Assembly (NCBI RefSeq): GCF_963853765.1 | Contig: NC_088862.1 | Location: 3,286,001 to 3,350,000 of the forward strand | Direction: 5' to 3' | Length of the DNA: 64,000 nt | Source of the DNA: Magallana gigas | Taxonomy: Eukaryota | In this document: in pieces, positions 1-8,942 of the stretch | How the letters are laid out: each line of letters starts with the position of its first letter | Numbering within the stretch: position 1 is the first letter of the stretch | Notes under the pieces: generated by a model | Seen by the model: the letters and a program-made list of their open reading frames with translations, nothing else | Database searches by the model: none | What the model was told of the DNA's origin: nothing | Translations under genes and position numbers: made by a program

Positions 1-287
1 TGCAAATATTAACTGATCCAGAGAATTTTCATGGAGAAAGGGAACCAAATTTCAATATTTAATGTTGAAAAATGAACTCCAGTTTTTCAACACGGGTCAA
101 TATCTTTTGTTGTAGCATCTCTACTGAATGGTCTAAAATATTTTTATACCTGCATCAAAAGTTTTTTTTCCCGTATCTGTGTTTTCCTTTGTTTTGATCT
201 AGCACTTAAAACTTCCAACTACAAACACTGTTAACAATACATGTAAAATAAGGTTCTGCTATTTAATTGAAAGCAACCAAAGTATAT

Positions 288-770
288 AAAGAACTATATA
301 TGATAAGAGTTAAATTTGGCCCCCATAATTCATTTTTTAAGTGTTTCGGGTACAATAAAATGTTATGTTATAATTTAGAAGAGTTGATATAAAATATATT
401 TTTCACATATTTGTTTGATTTATTTGCACTCACTTGCAGTATGTCAGAAGTCACGCTATTTCTATAATTCAATTAAAATCAGTCGAAATTGACATTTTCC
501 TCATCTTTTTACGAATGGGAAATATAGAGCCCATGCTTGAACCAGGACAAATTTTTTGTCACTTATTAGTCATTTACACGAACAAAGAAAAATAAACTTG
601 TATTATTTCACGAAACTGACGTGTCTTCTCAAGTTTTGTCTGCCACACATACTATCAACATTTTTTAAACTGTTGGCTATTCAAAAGTAACGAATGATTA
701 AATATTAATACACTGTCTTGATAAGCTTACAATTCAAAATGAACGACGAAAACTTTTAGGCTGACTCGCA
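288..770. mobile_element. Truncated non-autonomous TIR element, same family as 13575-14160
   Basis: Shares aaagaactata.atgata...ttttaagtgtttcgggtacaataaa...atttgcactcacttgcagtat with the second copy; right end approximate. Confidence 0.65.
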
Positions 771-1090
771 CACATACATGTATATTATCGAATATGAGAA
801 ATATAGACCGTGTAAGCACCATATTAGTACAACATTAGCCAAAGTCGCATATACATACTCTTCGTTGTTGATATGTCAACCCACTTTGTCCACCATTGCA
901 ATATATTTTAATAGAGCGTTACTTAATGATGTAAATGAATTAATTTTCTATGTTAAAATAAGTTCATGAATATTATCAATACTGTTTCCATTGCCTAGTA
1001 AATCCCGCATTTCTATGAATTCAAAAGAAAATCACTTATTTCAGATTCATTGACGTTGCCCCTGTCTGCTCAATGGTCAAATAAAAGTAA

Positions 1091-1096
1091 TTTATT
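1091..1096 (-). terminator. Candidate polyadenylation signal of the receptor/ankyrin gene
   Basis: AATAAA on the minus strand about 105 nt after the stop codon. Confidence 0.45.
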
Positions 1097-1200
1097 ATTA
1101 TTAACTTTGATTTTTTTTATCAACCGAAGACAACATACTGCCAAATATCTGAAGTAAAAATATTACACCAGTTTCTTTCAAATGGAAAATTAATATTTAC

Positions 1201-3756
1201 TCAAATATTTTGGAAAAGTTTTTGGATGCCATTATTTCCGTTTTGGTAAGCTATAGCGAGAGGAGATAATCCGTTTGTTGTTTTTAAGTTTCTATCTGCT
1301 CCATTATCAAGTAAAAGTTTTGCAATACTCTCGTGCCCATTTTTACAAGCTAGATAGAGAGGACTGGCATGGTCTGAAGAACGTAAAAAATTAACAGCCG
1401 CTCCATTATTTAGTAAAATGTTCACAGTGCTTTCACGCTTATTACGACACGCTGCATGGAGAGCAGTGGAATCATCGTCACAACGTAAATTGATATTTGC
1501 ACCTTTTTCCAGCAATAATTGCACGATGGTGTCGTGTCCATTTTGACTCGCTATACAAAGAGAACTGACTCCGTATTGGTCACAAGAATCAACGTACGCT
1601 CCTTTGTTTAGTAGAAGTTGTACAATTTTAAAGTCTCCGTTTTGACAAGCTGAGAAGAGAGGACCTATATTTTCATTGTTCCCTAAATTTGAATCTGCTC
1701 CATTATCTAGTAAAAAGATAACAATACTATAATGTCCTTTCTGGCAGGCTATATGGAGAGGAGTTGGTCCGCATTGCCCACCAAGGTTAATGTCTGCTCC
1801 ATTATTAACTAGAAGTTGTACAGTGCTCTCATGACCATTTTGACTCGCTCTATAGAGAGGACTCGTTGCGTTTATATTGAATGAATTAATAGAAGCTTTA
1901 TTATCTAATAAAAGTTGTACAATGCTATCATGTCCGTGTTCACAAGCAAAATGAAGTGGAGTATCTCCGTTTTTGGTACGTATCTTAATGTTTGCTCCAT
2001 TCCTCAGTAAAAGTTGTGCAGTGCTATCATGTCCACTTTCACACGCAAAATGAAGTGGAGTTGCTCCATTTTTAGTGCATGCATTAATGTCTGCTCCATT
2101 CCTCAGTAAAAGTTGTGCAGTGCTATCATGCCCCTTTTCACAAGCAAAATGTAGCGGTGTGGCTTCGTTTATGGTTCGTGAATTAATGTCTGCTCCATTA
2201 CTCAGTAAAAGTTGTGCAGTGCTATCATGCCCGTTTTCACAAGCAAAATGAAGCGATGTGGCTTTGCTTTCGGTTCGTGAATTAATGTCTGCCCCATTGT
2301 TCAGTAAACGTTGTGTAGTGCTATAATTCCCGTTTTCACAAGCAAAATGAAGCGGGGTGGCTTCGTTTTCGGTTCGTGAATTAATGTCTGCTCCATTATT
2401 CAGTAAAAGTTGTGCAATGCTATAATTCCCGTTTTCACAGGCAAAATGAAGTGGAGTTGCACCGTTTTTGATGCGTGAATTAATGTCTGCTCCATTATTC
2501 AGTAAGAGTTGTGCAGTGCTATCATGCCCGTTTATACAAGCAAAATGAAGGGATGTGGCTTCGTTTTCGGTTCGTGAATTAATGTCTGCTCCATTACTCA
2601 GTAAAAGTTGTGCAGTGCTATCATGCCCGCTTTCACAAGCAAAATGAAGTGGAGTTGCACCGTTTTCGGTTCGTGAATTAATGTCTGCTCCATTATTCAG
2701 TAAAAGTTGTGCAGTGCTATCATGCCCGTTTTCACAAGCAAAATGAAGCGATGTGGCTTCGTTTTTGGTTCGTGAATTAATGTCTGCTCCATTATTCAGT
2801 AAATGTTGTGCAGTGCTATCATGCCCGTTTTCACAAGCAAAATGAAGCGATGTGGCTTTGTTTTCGGTGCGTGAATTAATGTCTGCTCCATTATTCAGTA
2901 AAAGTTGTGCAGTGCTATCATGACCGTTTTCACAAGCAATATGAAGCGATGTGGCTTCGTTTTCGGTGCGTGAATTAATGTCTGCTCCATTATTCAGTAA
3001 ACGTTGTGCAGTGCTATCATGCCCGTTTTCACAAGCAAAATGAAGTGGAGTTGCATCGTTTTCGGTGCGTGAATTTATATCTGCTCCATTATTCAGTAAA
3101 CGTTGTGCAGTGCTATCATGCCCCTTTTCACAAGCAAAATGAAGCGGCGTGGCTTCGTTTTCGGTTCGTGAATTAATGTCTGTCCCATTATTCAGTAAAA
3201 GTTGTGCAGTGCTATCATGCCCGCTTTCACACGCTAAATGAAGTGGTGTGGCTTTGTTTTCGGTGCGTGAATTAATGTCTGCTCCATTATTCAGTAAAAG
3301 TTGTGCAGTGCTATCATGCCCGCTTTCACACGCTAAATGAAGTGGAGTTGCGCCGTTTTTGGTGCGTGAATTTATGTCTGCTGCATTATTCAATAAAAGA
3401 AGTGCAGTGCTATCGTGCCCGTTTTTACAAGCAAAATGAAGTGGAGTTGCACCGTTTTCGGTTCGTGAATTTGTGTCTGCCCCATTATTCAGTAAAAGTT
3501 GTGCAGTGCTATCATGCCTGTTTTCACAAGCAAAATGAAGTGGGGTTGCACAGTTTCCGGTGCATAAATTAACGTTCGCTCCACTTTTCAGTAATTGCTG
3601 CACAATGCTATTTTGCCCGTTTTTACAAGCTGTTAGGAGGAGACTGACTCCGCTTTCCATACATGAATAATTGTCTTCTACCTGACTCAGTAAATGTAGC
3701 TCAGTGCTATCATTTCTCTCAATCTTCTTTAAATGAAGCTCTGAATAATTAAACAT
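1201..3756 (-). CDS. Ankyrin-repeat exon/ORF (24 full 33-aa repeats plus a capping repeat; about 17 are near-identical 99-bp units)
   Basis: ORF translation shows repeated TPLHFACENGHDSTAQLLLNNGADIN. In-frame stop 2 codons upstream of the ATG; candidate acceptor ctaatctatgtttaattattcag|AG with exon start at 3740. Confidence 0.95.
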   Translation of the reverse strand: MFNYSELHLKKIERNDSTELHLLSQVEDNYSCMESGVSLLLTACKNGQNSIVQQLLKSGANVNLCTGNCATPLHFACENRHDSTAQLLLNNGADTNSRTENGATPLHFACKNGHDSTALLLLNNAADINSRTKNGATPLHLACESGHDSTAQLLLNNGADINSRTENKATPLHLACESGHDSTAQLLLNNGTDINSRTENEATPLHFACEKGHDSTAQRLLNNGADINSRTENDATPLHFACENGHDSTAQRLLNNGADINSRTENEATSLHIACENGHDSTAQLLLNNGADINSRTENKATSLHFACENGHDSTAQHLLNNGADINSRTKNEATSLHFACENGHDSTAQLLLNNGADINSRTENGATPLHFACESGHDSTAQLLLSNGADINSRTENEATSLHFACINGHDSTAQLLLNNGADINSRIKNGATPLHFACENGNYSIAQLLLNNGADINSRTENEATPLHFACENGNYSTTQRLLNNGADINSRTESKATSLHFACENGHDSTAQLLLSNGADINSRTINEATPLHFACEKGHDSTAQLLLRNGADINACTKNGATPLHFACESGHDSTAQLLLRNGANIKIRTKNGDTPLHFACEHGHDSIVQLLLDNKASINSFNINATSPLYRASQNGHESTVQLLVNNGADINLGGQCGPTPLHIACQKGHYSIVIFLLDNGADSNLGNNENIGPLFSACQNGDFKIVQLLLNKGAYVDSCDQYGVSSLCIASQNGHDTIVQLLLEKGANINLRCDDDSTALHAACRNKRESTVNILLNNGAAVNFLRSSDHASPLYLACKNGHESIAKLLLDNGADRNLKTTNGLSPLAIAYQNGNNGIQKLFQNI

Positions 3757-6700
3757 AGATTAGATAACAACTGCATTACAAAACTCCAAAAAATTGTTGA
3801 TAACTTTTTTAAATTAATTTTTCAAGAGTTATCTTTATAATTTGCAATTTTACTTGTGGTCTGTTAATCATGCAAATGTAAACAAGGCTCTCCGAAGCAT
3901 TCGTTTGTTAGTAACAAATTTAACCGAAATCAACTTTTCCCTTAATGGTAATTAAGGTGGAATGCTACACCAAAAATTTATTTTATGGATCGTTAGAGTA
4001 TTATTTCTGTAGCAAGATTGCGTTGTTCTAAAAAGGATATACGTCCTTAATTTTTTAATACCATTTTTTGTATTTTTTACGAAAAAGTAGAAAATCTATT
4101 TTGGTTTCAAGTAACGCACTGTAGAGTTAAAATTTTAATGTGAATAAATGCATAATATAAATATCTAATAGATCATGTCCAGTGATGTCAATAAGACGTT
4201 TTATTTTTTTAATAAAAAAATATTTATGATAATAAAAAACTTCATTTGATAATATTTTTCTAACCTATGGATAAAATTTTCTAAAGAAACGTGTTCCATA
4301 GTAAGGAAAAGTAAGGAAATCATTTTAAAAAAAGAAATAGATAATCAAATTGGCGAAATTTTAGAGATATGGCAAATTTTCAAAATTGAAGCACACCCGA
4401 TCGAAAGTAAACTGGTCCCGAGTTGAATAATAGAAAATTTAAATATATAGCAATTTCACCCCAAAACTAGGATGTTTGGTTGTAATATGGTTTGTAAATT
4501 AGGAGAACAATTACAAATTAAATTGATTTTTTGTCTGCACATGAACAAATATTGTTGATTTTAAATTTTTGGCAATTTAGATCGGGATCAGGGTTTTGAT
4601 CGGGATCGGCCAAATTTTGAAGATTAGCAATACTTCTAGAATTTTGTCAATTTGATTCAGTTTTATAAAAAAAAGTGATTGCCTTATATTTCTTCCCCAT
4701 AAGACACGTCTCTTTAAAAGATTTTATCCATAGGTTTGAAAAAAAAATAATTTTTATTTACATAAATAATTTTTTATTAAACAATTTAAACCATCTTGTT
4801 GACATTACTGGTCATGGTTTATTAGATATTTATATTATGCATTTATTCACATTAAATTTTGAACTCTACAGTGCGTTACTTGCAACAAAAATAGATTTTC
4901 TACTTTTTCGTTAAAAATGCAAAAAAATTCGTATAAAAGATTAAGGGCATAATTATATCCTTCTTGAAACAAAGCAATCTTGCTTCAGAAATGATAAATA
5001 TTCATAAAAAAAATTGCTATTGCATTTCGCCTTAACTGACTAACATAGCTTAAAGTATGTGAGGGCAATTTAAATATCAACAACTTTCTGAACACCTTGT
5101 GCACTTTTTTAGATTGTTAACATGGATAATTTTTTTCCCCGCAAACTACTATAATTTTGAAATTCTGTAGAAATATAACAGTGACACCAGAGGCCATGAC
5201 CACGTAAATTTTCAGTGCTGGTGATTTTGGTCTATTGAGGTGTTCTTTTAATACAAAGTGGGATTTTATTTTGACTTATTGTGTGTCAAATATTGTTCTG
5301 TATTGAAATACATGTATACTGGAAAAAAAGAGGAATTTCCATTTGGATTTGTTTGAAACATGAAAACACGAAACAAAGGACTGTCAAAAATTTCTGACAA
5401 CAATTCACCCTAAGCCAAGTAAACCAAAAATTCGGCAGAGTGTGACCAGGGTCCGTGATGTGACAAACTAAAACCCGTATCGGACCAGGCCGAGTGTAAT
5501 TACAACGAAATTGTAATCTTGCGCTACGAAAATGCTCAACATAGGCGTGAAATTAATCTCCCGCGGTCGGTTGTTATTAGAATGAACAGAAAACTGTCAC
5601 ACATGGATGATGACATAACTAATCTTCGCTCGAGATCGATGAAAGACAATATATTGATTCACAACTACCCATATAACCAACAAGAGGACTTGGCCACAAT
5701 GATACCCAATGTTATTAAGCAATTACTGGGTGTTGATGTTGAATTCGTTTGCATCCACAGAAACTGAGTCCACCCACAGTTCAACAAATTACTATAATTA
5801 TGGAATTTTTAAAAATCTCTTGAATAATTTGAAAAAAAAAGTTTTAGTAATGTATTATAATAGACATATTTTTATTGATATATTTCAATGGCATTACTAA
5901 GAAAGGTATTAACATTTATGTATATACATTGTATATACAATTACATGTATCTACACCATAGTGTTACCTTGAACATCAAAAAATGATTTAAACAGAACTG
6001 AATCTTACTTCTTCTAATGCAAAAAAACAGATTGCAGACGACATAGGCCATAAGAACTACTCCTGAAAGTGATGATAGTAGAACTAACACACTGTCAATC
6101 CTGTTATTGTGATTTGTTGATTCGCTGTCTTTATGGTTAAAGGTGTAATTCTCTGTCTGGGTAGCTTCTGTAGCATCTTGGAAATTATTTGTTGTTCTGT
6201 TAAGCATAAAATATATTGTTATAACAATTGCCTGTCATTCTTGCACATTATTTTTTGGCGGTGATTTACAGAGATAATTGTATTTAAATTAATAAAGTTT
6301 TTTCTTTTAACATTTCTCTCAGCAAAAGTACTGATTATTTTTTGTTGTTGTCTAACAAACTTTTAAAAGAACAATTATTATGAAGAATTTATCATTTTTA
6401 AGTTTAAAAAAATATTAAAGAGATGTTTTTTTTTGGTTTTATTTTTTTTTTAATTTTTAAAAATGATTCATTCTTTAAAAAAAAAGTCGCTTTGACACTT
6501 TTAAATCTTTAAAAATTAAATTATCAATTTATACACGACAACGGACAATAAATGGGTTTATCAAAAAGTACTTCTATACCACAAAAACAAAGATACAATG
6601 GTATCAGAATTTTTGCTCAACTTGTATAAATAGAGCTTTCGATTTTTGCCAACACTGTATATTAAATCAGATGCAATTCAAGAGTAAAAAAGATGAGTTC

Positions 6701-8905
6701 TGGAATCAATGATTTTGTGAGGATATGTTATGTTAAAGATAATATAGTTTCACATTAGTACATACGACATTGGGCATTTTCTATCAGTTATTTGAAAAAG
6801 GAAACACCGAGCGCATGTTTGCTCCTACACTATTTTACTACGATATGAAAACCAATATGAACAACAATATACTTCAAAATGGTGTGAATATTGACAGAAT
6901 ACATAGCTCAAAACTGTTTAAAATTTTAAAACTACCTACCTATTATTACCTATTACCTACCTATTACAAGATGGTTCGGCAACAAAACATCCATTTCCAA
7001 TTGCTAAACAACTTGGATCTGTTGAAAACAAAGATAATCCTATACATGGCATTTAATGGGCTCAGTCATTTATAGCCTAGTTTTTAATCATATATATGCA
7101 TTCTAACACATATAAGTAAGAAAATGTATGTGTTGAAGTACATGCTAGTTTTTTTTATTATTATCTCCCGGAAGGTGTGTAATAGTCCTTGCAAAATTAT
7201 TTACAATGATGAGAATATAATTATCAACTATTGGTAAATAAGAATTGGATGTATGAATATGTTTAAACCATATCAACTTAATATTATTGCACAAATTGTA
7301 CGATTTGTGGGCCTGTCATATTAGAATACATTACGAAAAAAATAGATACACTTGCTAATTTTGTTAATTTTTAACTATTTTATGGAATCAGATCTTTATT
7401 ATCAGTACTGTTGTCTAAAGAATGCCATCGCACAAAAAAGAATAGATAAATAAATTATATGTTGACGGATTACTTTTCCAGCTATAATCTCGAAACCAAG
7501 TAGACCAAGTAGAAAACATTCCGTTTAATTAATAGTTTTCTTCTCATGTCTTTCAATAATGTTGGAATCTTCTAAACTCTAGTTAATAAACGATCAATTT
7601 TATAAATACCAAATGGCATTTGTTTTCAAAATTTAATTGGTTTAATTAAAGGAAAAAATGAAAACGGGAGAGGCACCCACCTCTCAATCAAAACAAAGAC
7701 GATGTTATAATGAGCCTGATCGTAATTAAGTTTGATTGCTAACAACTCTACATGTAGGTCTCAAATTGGTTGTGTAAAGAAGCATACCTGAGATCATAAC
7801 TAATCAGAGCATTTTTATCCAGAAAAATGTTGTTTTTTCATTTTTCTGTTTGCGTAGTCGAGTTTTTTTTTTTTTAATTTGAACGTTTATATCTAATTCA
7901 ATACATAAAACACCTTTATTGCTTATCGTTGTTGACAAGAGTGACGTAGAGCAAAACCAATACTGGATATCTAAAATGCTATCTGAGGGTCAAATTGATA
8001 AATTGATAAATTGATATTAGTACAATTCGGAATAGTGCGATACTCCGACTACTCTGATTGTATTAAATGAAATGATAAGCCAAAATATATTATATATCAT
8101 ATTCTTAACAATCATTTATAAACTTAAAAGATTTTGGTAGTTTATCACACAACGTAAACATGTAACATTATTATACATCAGAATGATTATTCTATATAAC
8201 GCGTCACTTGCCAGGGCGAACAAAACATCATGTCTCACAGGAAATAAATATCGTGTCTCCAAAGGTATGAAAAAGTCACTATGAGCATACGATGTTGTCA
8301 AATATAATAAATCATTTAAATTCTCTTTAAAACACAAAATACAATTTCACTACAAGTGATTCGAATTTATGAAAGAAAAAAGAGACAATAAGATTAAAAA
8401 AAACCCAAAAAACAAACAATCACGACGTTAATGCCTTCGACAAGTAAAAAATTATTAGAATTCGACGTATTTTGTATAATCAAATGTTGCTCGGTATAAT
8501 AAAACTTTTATTGCATGATGGTGAAGCCCTCAGGAAATTTTTCTTTTGGGAATAAATTATCATATTTCCTGAACATTCGTGCAATAAATCTATATTGTTA
8601 TTGGTTTCCTTGAAAGAATTGCGCACTGTTTACTCAGAAAATAGGATATTATTATTGACACGTTACGGGTTCATAAACCAAAAACTTACATTGAAAATTC
8701 CTTAAAGATTGATGCGAGGAATTTGGACATCCAGATTGAAAATGTTGGCACGCCTTAGAATTCACCCTTGAGAATCGTTTGTTCAAATACAAACAAAGAC
8801 CTAAAATAAAACCGAATGATATCATTCGATGAATTCACTTTAAATTTGTTTGTATATTTCAATGAAATTCTGATACATCGTTCATTTAAACATATAGTAT
8901 TATTA

Positions 8906-8942
<37 letters not shown>

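Noticed and set aside
1920-3570. Regularly spaced repeats that could be taken for a CRISPR array
   Set aside because: These are contiguous 99-bp coding units with no unique spacers, they translate to ankyrin repeats, and the context is eukaryotic with no cas genes.
3303-3572. 89-aa plus-strand ORF
   Set aside because: Antisense shadow of the ankyrin repeats.
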